Made by a program: the position numbers and the translations under genes. This document shows, one piece after another, positions 1 through 7,630 of a stretch of DNA of 45,829 bases. The DNA is taken from the IMG/VR virus record IMGVR_UViG_3300026187_000027, positions 1 through 45,829 of that record, one strand, 5' to 3'. The DNA is from a virus (taxonomy: Duplodnaviria; Caudoviricetes). Each line of letters starts with the position of its first letter. Position 1 is the stretch's first letter. Under the pieces are notes generated by a model that was not told where the DNA came from, did no database searches, and saw only the letters and a program-made list of their open reading frames with translations.

Positions 1-651
1 TTTGCCTGTTAAATCTTTCGTGGACCAACGTGTCATAACAATGACAATCGCACCACCTGGTTGTAAACGTTGACGAGGACCAGAAGTATACCACTCGTAT
101 GCTGAATCCATAGCCGTTTCACTTAGTGCATCTTGCTCGGAATGTGGATCATCAATAATTAATAAATCTGCACCACGACCGGTTATTGCACCACCGATAC
201 CTGCTGCATAATACTCTCCACCTTTGTTTGTTTCCCAACGCCCTGCTGCTTTGGAGTCTACCGCAATTTTACAATCTTCAAAGATTTGTGCAAATTCACT
301 TGTATCAACAAGGTTTTTCATCTTACGACCAAACCTAACTGCAAGTTCTCCTGTGTGTGTTGTTTGTATCACTTTTAATTTTGGATTTTTTCCTACCATC
401 CATGCAGGAAACAAATAAGAAGCAAACTCCGATTTAGTGTGTCTGGGGGGCATGTTTACTATCAATCGCTTAATCTTTCCATTGGCAATATCTTCAAACT
501 TCTTTGCTATCTTTCGATGATGATCTCCCTCAATAAATTCTGGCCAAACGTGTTTGACAAAGGGGATAAACCTTTTTTCAGCTAAGTCTAACTTTCTTAA
601 TTGTTCTTCCAATAATTCTTTTTGGAGTTGGACCTCCGTTTTGTTTTGCAT
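1..651 (-). CDS. terL: Terminase large subunit, N-terminal ATPase part (runs off the left edge; absent from ORF track)
   Basis: Manual translation from ATG at 651: MQNKTEVQLQKELL...RLIVNMPPRHTKSEF (Walker A)...GGAITGRGADLLIIDDPH (Walker B)...IVIVMTRW; frame open to position 1. Confidence 0.95.
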   Translation of the reverse strand, partial: MQNKTEVQLQKELLEEQLRKLDLAEKRFIPFVKHVWPEFIEGDHHRKIAKKFEDIANGKIKRLIVNMPPRHTKSEFASYLFPAWMVGKNPKLKVIQTTHTGELAVRFGRKMKNLVDTSEFAQIFEDCKIAVDSKAAGRWETNKGGEYYAAGIGGAITGRGADLLIIDDPHSEQDALSETAMDSAYEWYTSGPRQRLQPGGAIVIVMTRWSTKDLTGK

Positions 652-766
652 GGTATTGTTTGTATCAAACTGGGGGCGTAGTGTAAATTATTTTGTACCG
701 GGTCTAGTTTAGGGGGGTGGGGGTAAATGTAAAGGGGTTTTTGTTTTTTGGTTTGGTTGTAAGTAC

Positions 767-791
767 CTAGGGCCACGGATCATGGCCCTAG
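767..791. terminator. 9-bp GC-rich hairpin downstream of the leftward early genes; possible terminator
   Basis: CTAGGGCCA-cggatca-TGGCCCTAG, 12 nt after the stop at 804; no clear U-tract on the minus strand. Confidence 0.45.
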
Positions 792-803
792 ATTAATTAT
801 TAT

Positions 804-1070
804 TTAATCTTGATACAGCATTATTGTTTCTGCGTCGTAAGGTTCCGCATACCAACCATGCTGTTTTAAATACTTATTTAAAATATTATTATCGTTCATA
901 GTGTCTTCAGCATAACGATAATATTCAGTTGACTCTTTGCAAATATCATCTCTAATCCAAATGCCTTGGGGTTCTTTGCCGTCAATAAGAGTAGCATCAA
1001 ACTCAAATCTCGGAACTGCATTTAGTTTAAATTTAGTTTCAAGATTTTTTATTAATGTTTCTTGGTTCAT
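804..1070 (-). CDS. Hypothetical early protein (88 aa)
   Basis: ORF with AGAAAGGA SD and its own promoter-like sequence. Confidence 0.8.
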   Translation of the reverse strand: MNQETLIKNLETKFKLNAVPRFEFDATLIDGKEPQGIWIRDDICKESTEYYRYAEDTMNDNNILNKYLKQHGWYAEPYDAETIMLYQD

Positions 1071-1093
1071 GGTTCTTTATCCTTTCTTTTAAT

Positions 1094-1130
1094 ATGGGAT
1101 TTATCTTATATATTTATTTCGTTTTCTCAA
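1094..1130 (-). promoter_or_regulatory. Sigma70-like promoter with downstream ATCCCAT motif
   Basis: Minus strand TTGAGA-16nt-TAAGAT-aa-ATCCCAT, then AGAAAGGA SD. Confidence 0.55.
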
Positions 1131-1266
1131 GGTTTAATTCCTGGGCAATTTTCTTTTTATATTCGGGATAGGGCAAGTCTCTATATTTATCGACCGCCTT
1201 TAAAAAGTTAATATAATTTGATCCTAGGTTTATAGTTCTTTTTTTAGTTTCAGTTTTCTTTTTCAT
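1114..1266 (-). CDS. Small basic hypothetical protein (50 aa, MKKKTETKKR...), not in ORF track
   Basis: Manual translation; AGAAAGGA SD upstream; fills the gap between neighbouring genes. Confidence 0.65.
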   Translation of the reverse strand: MKKKTETKKRTINLGSNYINFLKAVDKYRDLPYPEYKKKIAQELNLEKTK

Positions 1267-1281
1267 TTTTAATTATCCTTT

Positions 1282-1596
1282 CTAAAATAATTCAAGTTGT
1301 TTGGGGTTTGGTTCTTGGTTCTCGGTACTTGGTTCACGATCCAAGAAATTAAAAGACTTTGTAAGATTATCAAACAAAGCCCTTTTAATAATTTGTTTAT
1401 TTACATAAAACCTAAATTCAAAAAGATTTTTTTTAATTTCTCTTTTCGTGGTGGTGTGGCTCACAAAGTGATTTGAATACTTAGAACTAGAACCGACGTT
1501 CACGTTTACATTACAAGTATCTTTTGCCCCCCAACTTTTTGAACTGTTATAAATGCAGGCTTCAACATCATTCCATATTGAATAAGCTCTAGACAT
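1282..1596 (-). CDS. Hypothetical early protein (104 aa, start reassigned to MSRAYSIWN)
   Basis: AGAAAGGATAA SD directly precedes ATG at 1596. Confidence 0.8.
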   Translation of the reverse strand: MSRAYSIWNDVEACIYNSSKSWGAKDTCNVNVNVGSSSKYSNHFVSHTTTKREIKKNLFEFRFYVNKQIIKRALFDNLTKSFNFLDREPSTENQEPNPKQLELF

Positions 1597-1647
1597 AATT
1601 TTTATCCTTTCTATTATTATGGGATTAATCTTATACATTTTAAACAA

Positions 1648-2022
1648 TTATTCAAACATTTTAAGGAGTTTTTTTATATCGGTTCGGGGTTCATGCACCA
1701 TGAAACAAGGTTCTTTAAAACCGTTTTTGGCTAATTTTAGCGCTTTTTTGCCTTCATATGCTTTTATAAGGGAGTCTTTGCCCCTTTTAACTAAGATAAA
1801 AGTGCGAATACCTAAAGAATATCTCTTTAAATGCCATGAAATCTGAAAGGGGCTAAGATTAATTTTATTTAGTTTTATAAATTTTAATTCTATCCAAATT
1901 TCCTTTTTATTATAGATTGCTGTTATGTCTGCTGTCCCTTGCCCTATTCTATTTTCAATTCGTTCAAAATAAACATAGGGCAAAGATTTTTTTAATTGTT
2001 GATAAAATTTACTTTCACTCAT
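1648..2022 (-). CDS. VRR-NUC / Holliday-junction resolvase-like PD-(D/E)XK nuclease
   Basis: MSESKF...RIEN..GQGTADI...WIELK...LSPFQISWH pattern. Confidence 0.8.
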   Translation of the reverse strand: MSESKFYQQLKKSLPYVYFERIENRIGQGTADITAIYNKKEIWIELKFIKLNKINLSPFQISWHLKRYSLGIRTFILVKRGKDSLIKAYEGKKALKLAKNGFKEPCFMVHEPRTDIKKLLKMFE

Positions 2023-2401
2023 TTAGTAATTTTAAATTTTCCATTTCTTTTTTTTCAAGTGATTTCATTTTTTCTATTACTGTATCAGTAAATTCAATGT
2101 TAAACTCAAAAGGGTTAACGTCTTTTCCAGTGTCAAAATCATAAACAAAATCGTTTAGTGTTTCTTGATCTTCCATACTTATCTGAGTATTAAATTCAGT
2201 TTGATATGAACTAGGTTTATTATCTGCTAATCTCAATGCATAATGTACATTACCACTTTCTACAATTCTAGGTTCAAAATCTAATTTAAACATTTCAGTT
2301 AGTTTATCGTTAACAGCTAAAGCTACTGCACAATAAGTACAATTTTCTGGAATACCATCTTTGATATGTTTTTCTTTAACTTGTATTTTTATTTTATTCA
2401 T
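2015..2401 (-). CDS. Hypothetical protein (128 aa; HIxxG..CxxCAVALA motif)
   Basis: ORF translationally coupled to both neighbours. Confidence 0.8.
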   Translation of the reverse strand: MNKIKIQVKEKHIKDGIPENCTYCAVALAVNDKLTEMFKLDFEPRIVESGNVHYALRLADNKPSSYQTEFNTQISMEDQETLNDFVYDFDTGKDVNPFEFNIEFTDTVIEKMKSLEKKEMENLKLLNE

Positions 2402-2613
2402 TGTGTTTTATCCTTTCTTATTTCGTCAATGTCATTACCATACAGTTTTATGGCTTTTTTCAATTGTTGCTCGTCTAATTGTATTTTAAATCTAAGTTTT
2501 TTTAATTTATCAACATAGCTATTTAAATTAAAATCATTAGAACAATTTCTAATTTCAATGTTTATTAAATCTCTTAACAAACATTTTTCTTTTGTACTGA
2601 AATTTAAATTCAT
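2398..2613 (-). CDS. Hypothetical protein (71 aa)
   Basis: AGAAAGGA SD; ATGA overlap with next gene. Confidence 0.75.
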   Translation of the reverse strand: MNLNFSTKEKCLLRDLINIEIRNCSNDFNLNSYVDKLKKLRFKIQLDEQQLKKAIKLYGNDIDEIRKDKTQ

Positions 2614-2642
2614 TTTTATTTATCCTTTCTATTTCACGTGAA

Positions 2643-2671
2643 AGACTACCCCATATTAATGGGATAGTCAA
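2643..2671 (-). promoter_or_regulatory. Sigma70-like promoter whose spacer is an inverted pair of ATCCCAT-type motifs
   Basis: TTGACT-atcccattaatatgggg(17)-TAGTCT; imperfect palindrome GACTACCCCAT-atta-ATGGGATAGTC. Confidence 0.6.
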
Positions 2672-2684
2672 AATAAAAATAAAA

Positions 2685-3263
2685 TTATTGTTTAGTTAAT
2701 TGAAGGGCTTGATCCCTTCTAAAAGTAATTCCTAGACTACCTTTCAATATTGTATCAAGTCTTTTATTCATGCCTTCACTAGTGCCTTCCTCATAAAGTA
2801 CATCATTCATGCAACTTTTAACATGATCTAATTTATTTATTTCTTTAAATTCTTCCATAGTTTTGCACTTATCATTAGTAATTTTATCGACAACACTCTC
2901 AAAACAACTATTGATTTTATAATCAGTAAAAACCTCACTCATATCAGGTAAATTGTAATTTCTAACACCATTTTTAGAAAATACTTTTCGTAATTTATTA
3001 CTTTCTGTTAATTGTTGATTTTTAAGTGTTTCACGCATTTTACGATAGTCACTCTCTAATTTGTCTAACTTATCATCAAAACTTGAAATTGTTTTTTTCC
3101 ATTTTTCTATTTTGAAAGTAGATTTTAATTTCCCTTCAATTTTAGATTTAACAATTTCTTTTTTCTCATCAAGTTTAATGTCAAGTAACCTCTTAATAGG
3201 GTCTATCATTTCTCTAATCTTTGATCTGTAATGCTCAATTTGATAAACTTTTAATTGTGCCAT
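2685..3263 (-). CDS. Hypothetical coiled-coil protein (192 aa)
   Basis: K/E-rich helical ORF with AGAAAGGA SD. Confidence 0.8.
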   Translation of the reverse strand: MAQLKVYQIEHYRSKIREMIDPIKRLLDIKLDEKKEIVKSKIEGKLKSTFKIEKWKKTISSFDDKLDKLESDYRKMRETLKNQQLTESNKLRKVFSKNGVRNYNLPDMSEVFTDYKINSCFESVVDKITNDKCKTMEEFKEINKLDHVKSCMNDVLYEEGTSEGMNKRLDTILKGSLGITFRRDQALQLTKQ

Positions 3264-3376
3264 AGTATTTTATCCTTTCTTATAAAAGGGGCTAGGCGTG
3301 GGACTTGCCCTACTTTGCCACTAACCCCTTTTAGTTTACGTTATTTAATTATTAAATAACATAATATCCCATAAAA

Positions 3377-3628
3377 CTAAGATATAAATTTGTCAAGCAT
3401 ATTTTTTGTTATTTTTTCAATATCACAATTAGTCTTATTATACTTAAAAGCTATACCAAGATATAAAGTGTATTTATTTACTTTATTTGGTGCAATTCTT
3501 TTTCTTATTTCAAATTCGTCTAAACAAGCTAAATGATTTCTGACCTTAGTTAAAAATAAATGATATGGATTTTTACTTATCCAATACTTACCACTAAAAT
3601 ACTCATCACTTCTATATGCGTTTTTCAT
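3377..3628 (-). CDS. Hypothetical protein (83 aa)
   Basis: ATGA overlap with upstream gene. Confidence 0.7.
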   Translation of the reverse strand: MKNAYRSDEYFSGKYWISKNPYHLFLTKVRNHLACLDEFEIRKRIAPNKVNKYTLYLGIAFKYNKTNCDIEKITKNMLDKFIS

Positions 3629-4311
3629 TTGCCTATATCCCCAGCTACATGATGTCTAATAAAAGTACCATAGGGTAATGTCTTTACCCAATTTGTCAGT
3701 TTTTCAGAATCAGGTCTATCTTGTTTTCTGTTTACTGTATCTTGCCAAGCAAATCTAGTAAACCCTTGTCCTGCATAACAGCCCCCTTGCTCTTTTTTAC
3801 CTACTTTCTTTTTTTGGCTACCATGAGCGACAAACTTAATAATATAATCTCTATTAATTCTTGCACATAATGGTTTACCTGAACCACAATTTTGACACTT
3901 AATTTTTTCATTGTATTCTGAAGGACACCTTACAAATTTAACACCTTGTATATTATCAACTTTATCTGTCATTGTTGAGGGTGCTGTGTAAACTGTATCT
4001 CTTTTATCATTAAAACTATTCAATGCTTGAATAAGTGTATCAGCGCTATAATTTATAACAGTTTTCTTTTCTTTATTTCTTGGTAATTTTTTATAATCAA
4101 AATGACTATAAGTCCATGATAAGCCATTTTTTACAACAGCATTTAAAAGAGCTGCCAAATATTTTTTATCAATACCTTTTGCCGATTCTTTTGGTTTTGG
4201 GTTTAATGCACAACTTGAAGGACAAGAACCATACATTGAAGTACCTGATCTATAAGTAGTAGCAATATTGCCTGTTTTTCTATTTGTTGAACTATTTATT
4301 AATTTTAACAT
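3625..4311 (-). CDS. Cys/His-rich conserved phage protein (metal- or Fe-S-binding; DUF7227-like from recall)
   Basis: NxKTG, SCPxxC, WTYSH, CP..CxxC..LC, FVAHG, GCYA and RHHVAGD motifs. Confidence 0.7.
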   Translation of the reverse strand: MLKLINSSTNRKTGNIATTYRSGTSMYGSCPSSCALNPKPKESAKGIDKKYLAALLNAVVKNGLSWTYSHFDYKKLPRNKEKKTVINYSADTLIQALNSFNDKRDTVYTAPSTMTDKVDNIQGVKFVRCPSEYNEKIKCQNCGSGKPLCARINRDYIIKFVAHGSQKKKVGKKEQGGCYAGQGFTRFAWQDTVNRKQDRPDSEKLTNWVKTLPYGTFIRHHVAGDIGK

Positions 4312-4401
4312 TTTATTTTATCCTTTCTTTAGGGTTATATACAAAGGATATAAGATATAACCCTGTATCCCATATAACTATAATAAATTATAATACAAGG
4401 G

Positions 4402-4431
4402 TTGACTTTTATATTTATGGGATTATATGTT
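4402..4431 (+). promoter_or_regulatory. Rightward early promoter with ATGGGAT motif in the spacer
   Basis: TTGACT-18nt-TATGTT at the point where the early island diverges. Confidence 0.5.
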
Positions 4432-4437
4432 ATTTAA

Positions 4438-4626
4438 CTTTATAAGTCGGTATAATTTAGAAGTATACGCCAAACTGTAAAGGGTGTTAGTAATTTAATG
4501 AAGGGGATAGACGTATCTATACAAGCGATTACTAACAAAGGGGTCAGGAGTGGAGGAGAACCTAAGGGCTTCCAAAACCTTGCGTAAGTGTTTCGTCGGA
4601 AACGTAGAAGGCAGAAACCCTGACCC
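4438..4626 (+). ncRNA. Candidate structured RNA leader or ncRNA (~190 nt)
   Basis: Nested helices: 4485-94/4528-37 (10 bp), 4507-11/4516-20, 4541-48/4619-26 (8 bp), 4551-56/4569-74, 4590-94/4599-4603; GC-richer than flanks. Confidence 0.5.
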
Positions 4627-4647
4627 ATATTAAAAGAAAGGATTAAA

Positions 4648-4911
4648 ATGAAAATAGAAATGTATAAAAACTATGAAATAAAAATATGGGAACAAGAACC
4701 TAACGTATCATATGAATTTGCTTTTAAAAGTGAAAACCCTCCTAACGTTGATAATATAAAAGGGAGTCATGGTTATGAGGTTTTTAATCCAAAAGGAAAA
4801 AGTATTTATAAAGATACTTGGGATATGTGGGACGAGCAGGCATGTATAGATAATGCCTGTCAAGAAATAGACGCAGATTTGGAGGAACATGATAAAAGTA
4901 GAAAAAAATGA
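4648..4911 (+). CDS. Hypothetical acidic early protein (87 aa)
   Basis: AGAAAGGA SD; first gene of the rightward arm. Confidence 0.8.
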   Translation: MKIEMYKNYEIKIWEQEPNVSYEFAFKSENPPNVDNIKGSHGYEVFNPKGKSIYKDTWDMWDEQACIDNACQEIDADLEEHDKSRKK

Positions 4912-5143
4912 TTTTGTTTTAAAAAAAGAAAAAGAAATAATGGTAATTCAAAAAGAATTAGAAATATTAAATAAAATACATGAATTTAATAAATTAATAT
5001 TTTCAATTCAAGAGTCTGTTATTGATTATGAGGAATGGGGTTTTGATATAAACGATTTAAACCCTTTTGTTAAAAAATATCCATTAAAATTATCATTATT
5101 TGAATATTCAAATGAGAATATTTGGGGTACTGAAAGGGAGTAA
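4889..5143 (+). CDS. Hypothetical protein (84 aa)
   Basis: GGAGG SD; overlaps upstream gene. Confidence 0.75.
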   Translation: MIKVEKNDFVLKKEKEIMVIQKELEILNKIHEFNKLIFSIQESVIDYEEWGFDINDLNPFVKKYPLKLSLFEYSNENIWGTERE

Positions 5144-5145
5144 AA

Positions 5146-5598
5146 ATGAGTGTAGATACAGGACTATATGACAAAAATGATAACGAAGTTTATCTAACAC
5201 CTACAAAATGGTCAGCCACAGAAAGAAGACTATTTAAAATTAAATATAAAGATCAAAAACTTTTTAGAGCTTTTGAATTACAATATTCTAAATGGGCAAT
5301 ATACAGAATTAAAGATTTTGAAGATGTTGAAATATTAAAATATACCGATGATGGTTTTTACAATGTAAAACTTAAAGGGGAAACTTATTTAGAAGAGGCG
5401 CAAGATGTCAATTATGAAAATTGGTGTGGTAATTTAGAAGTAAAAAAAATATTTAAAGATTGGCATGAGCCTGAGCTAGAAATATTTTTAGAAGATCATT
5501 CTAATTTATTTAAAATTGAAAGTATGCAAAGTGACATAAAATGCACTATAGAAGTTAGTGATTATGTTAAATTAAAAAAATATTTAATCGCTTGTTAA
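5146..5598 (+). CDS. Hypothetical protein (150 aa)
   Basis: GGGAG SD; tight gene packing. Confidence 0.8.
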   Translation: MSVDTGLYDKNDNEVYLTPTKWSATERRLFKIKYKDQKLFRAFELQYSKWAIYRIKDFEDVEILKYTDDGFYNVKLKGETYLEEAQDVNYENWCGNLEVKKIFKDWHEPELEIFLEDHSNLFKIESMQSDIKCTIEVSDYVKLKKYLIAC

Positions 5599-5613
5599 AG
5601 AAAGGAAGTAAAA

Positions 5614-5817
5614 ATGAAAGCATATGAATTAATAAAACTATTAGACAATTCTTTTTATGATGTTGAGTTTGATGTTTTTGAAGACATAGAAGGATTAGTG
5701 AGAGTAAACTTTGTTGTTGATATAGAGGAGGATCAAAATGAAACAACAGATAATTATTTAGATTATTTAAATGATCCATGTAATAAAGGTATGGAAGGAG
5801 AAAATTACCATGAATGA
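5614..5817 (+). CDS. Hypothetical acidic protein (67 aa)
   Basis: AGAAAGGA SD. Confidence 0.75.
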   Translation: MKAYELIKLLDNSFYDVEFDVFEDIEGLVRVNFVVDIEEDQNETTDNYLDYLNDPCNKGMEGENYHE

Positions 5818-5992
5818 TAAAGAAACATTTTTAATGAATTGTTATGAGAAGGCTTTTGTAATTTATAGTTATGACAAAAACTTACACTTAGCACATTTAG
5901 AAAATTCAGATATGCCATTAAAAGATTTTTTAAAAGCATATAAAGTTAAGATGAGAGAATTAACTGATGAGGAGGTAATATACACACCATGA
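5810..5992 (+). CDS. Hypothetical protein (60 aa, start reassigned to MNDKETF)
   Basis: AAGGAG SD before ATG at 5810; overlaps upstream stop. Confidence 0.7.
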   Translation: MNDKETFLMNCYEKAFVIYSYDKNLHLAHLENSDMPLKDFLKAYKVKMRELTDEEVIYTP

Positions 5993-6132
5993 ATAAAGAA
6001 GACAAATTATTAAGTATTATTAGTGAGTATCTTAGTGATTCCATGATAGAAGAATTTTTTGATGATAATTGTGGATTAACAAAAAAAGGTCAAGAATTAT
6101 TAGATGACATAAAGAAAGGATTAAATGAATAA
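5989..6132 (+). CDS. Small hypothetical protein (47 aa), not in ORF track
   Basis: GGAGG SD, ATGA overlap; MNKEDKLLSIISEYL... Confidence 0.65.
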   Translation: MNKEDKLLSIISEYLSDSMIEEFFDDNCGLTKKGQELLDDIKKGLNE

Positions 6133-6298
6133 AATAGTAATTTACAAAGAAGGAGAATATGAATCTCTTCCAATGACTGAAAGTTTATTTTGGAATAGAG
6201 TTGATAGTTTAAAGAAAGCTATACTAACAAGTGAGAACTTTGAATTTAGATTAATGTGGTATCACAAACTACAAGAATTATTGAAACAAGTACCATAA
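6125..6298 (+). CDS. Small hypothetical protein (57 aa), not in ORF track
   Basis: AGAAAGGA SD; MNKIVIYKEG...FWNRV...FRLMWYHKLQEL. Confidence 0.7.
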   Translation: MNKIVIYKEGEYESLPMTESLFWNRVDSLKKAILTSENFEFRLMWYHKLQELLKQVP

Positions 6299-6331
6299 TG
6301 TTTATTTTGTTTGGAGAATATTTTATTATCT

Positions 6332-6820
6332 TTATTTTAGTAATGTTGTATCTTTTTCTTCGATAACTTCATATTCAGCATTAACAATATTATTATCCCG
6401 TATCTCTTTTAATTTAGACTCTAACTCTTTTCTAGTCATACTATCAAGAGATGCGGTAACAACCTCTTTACGATCTACATAAAAACCACCAAGTTGACCT
6501 CTTCTAAATTCAGCATTTATTGCAGGGCCTAACTGTCCGTTTTCAACAGCCTTATCTCTTAATCTAGCTAATTCCCTAGAATGTTTTACAATATCAATTT
6601 TAGTAGCATCAGCATATTCTCTTTGAAGTTTTTCAATTGCTTCAACAACACCTGGGTAATACTTAGGGTTTCTTAAATTAGAAGCTGCAGCAGTTGCACT
6701 ATGTTCTTTATATCCTGCTTGTCTTGCACATTCTGTTGGAGTTATTCTTCCGTTCTCTTTACAAAATATCTCAACAAATGCTTTTTGTCTGGGACTTAGC
6801 CCACCTCTGTTTTTTGGCAT
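6332..6820 (-). CDS. terS: Terminase small subunit
   Basis: LSPRQKAFVE...TECARQAGY..SA...AS.L HTH signature; AINAEFRRGQLGGFYVDR; ATG at 6820 preferred to TTG at 6847. Confidence 0.88.
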   Translation of the reverse strand: MPKNRGGLSPRQKAFVEIFCKENGRITPTECARQAGYKEHSATAAASNLRNPKYYPGVVEAIEKLQREYADATKIDIVKHSRELARLRDKAVENGQLGPAINAEFRRGQLGGFYVDRKEVVTASLDSMTRKELESKLKEIRDNNIVNAEYEVIEEKDTTLLK

Positions 6821-6851
6821 AATTCCTATAATATCCTTCTTTTTCAAAAAG

Positions 6852-7060
6852 GTATAGTTTATTTTTACCCTAACTATTTATAATATACTAAGTATGGCTT
6901 AAAATATCCCAATAGTGTAACATATAATAAAATCTGTTGTTACAAGATTGTGACATAAAAACATATATATTTCAATAAATTAACTTAATGTAACACTGTA
7001 ACAGGTGTAACACAGGTTTGAGCAGTAAAAATATTCTAGGGGGGCTAAAATAAACTATAC
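6852..7060. repeat. Iteron-like TGTAACA array bracketed by 14-bp inverted repeats (putative origin or packaging signal)
   Basis: TGTAACA at 6916, 6989, 6997 and 7006; inverted TGTTACA at 6938; GTATAGTTTATTTT 6852-65 / AAAATAAACTATAC 7047-60. Confidence 0.6.
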
Positions 7061-7070
7061 TTTTATAATT

Positions 7071-7117
7071 TGATAGTAGAGTCATACGATCAGGAGGAAA
7101 GAAAGACTCTACTATCA
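7071..7117. other. Perfect 13-bp hairpin with a 21-nt SD/anti-SD-like loop
   Basis: TGATAGTAGAGTC-atacgatcaggaggaaagaaa-GACTCTACTATCA. Confidence 0.7.
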
Positions 7118-7240
7118 TTTGTTATGCATTGATGATTTAACGGGTTGTATGAACACTGGGAATCGAGGCCCGAACCATCTCCAAGCGACTTGCCATGATT
7201 TGCATAAATAACCATTGAAAAATTCCTCTATCCCAACTCT

Positions 7241-7259
7241 AAAAGGGCGGTTCGCCCTT
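7241..7259 (-). terminator. Intrinsic terminator ending the leftward replication/small-gene transcript
   Basis: Minus strand AAGGGCG-aac-CGCCCTT-TT, just after the stop at 7276. Confidence 0.6.
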
Positions 7260-7275
7260 AAACTCTATAACTGGT

Positions 7276-7497
7276 TTACTCATTCGAAATCGTGTAGTTT
7301 TCGAAACATTCTGGGTCAAGTGGTGGTCCGTAGTAGATCGCAAGGGTTTTGTTACTACCCTCGGTCCATGTTTGGTGGTAGTAGTTATCTTCATTGATTT
7401 CCCCTTGTGAGTGACAAACCTTACACTGTTCAATGACCTGTTCTGCTTCAAACGATAATCTGACATATCCATTTCCTTTACATTTAGAACAAATCAT
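7276..7497 (-). CDS. DnaJ-type Zn-finger small protein (73 aa)
   Basis: CxxCxGxG and CxxCxSxG motifs. Confidence 0.75.
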   Translation of the reverse strand: MICSKCKGNGYVRLSFEAEQVIEQCKVCHSQGEINEDNYYHQTWTEGSNKTLAIYYGPPLDPECFENYTISNE

Positions 7498-7630
7498 AAC
7501 GCTTGCTCACTATTGTTTTTATTCTGTCCCACTTCTTTCTTATTGCTAACTCTCTTAAGGTCCGTGGTTCGCGTAACGCTTTTTTTGATACGTCTTTGTA
7601 TAACTTCATTAACCGTTTCTTTAGTTTCAT
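7484..7630 (-). CDS. Small basic protein (48 aa, MKLKKRLMKLY...)
   Basis: GGGAG SD before ATG at 7630; lies within the C-terminal part of ORF 7494-7778. Confidence 0.55.
   Translation of the reverse strand: MKLKKRLMKLYKDVSKKALREPRTLRELAIRKKWDRIKTIVSKRYDLF

Noticed and set aside
224-418. 64-aa plus-strand ORF
   Set aside because: Antisense shadow of terL
4485-4626. Hammerhead ribozyme or c-di-GMP riboswitch identity for the leader
   Set aside because: Lacks the CUGANGA core and the GEMM consensus; left unassigned
4440-4628. 62-aa minus-strand ORF over the structured leader
   Set aside because: No SD, atypical composition; better explained as structured RNA
7150-7200. tRNA-like GGTTCG sequence on the minus strand
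   Set aside because: I could not build a cloverleaf (no D or anticodon arms, no acceptor stem)
7239-7472. 77-aa ORF ending KGEPPF
   Set aside because: Overlaps the better-supported Zn-finger ORF, and its end coincides with a terminator hairpin
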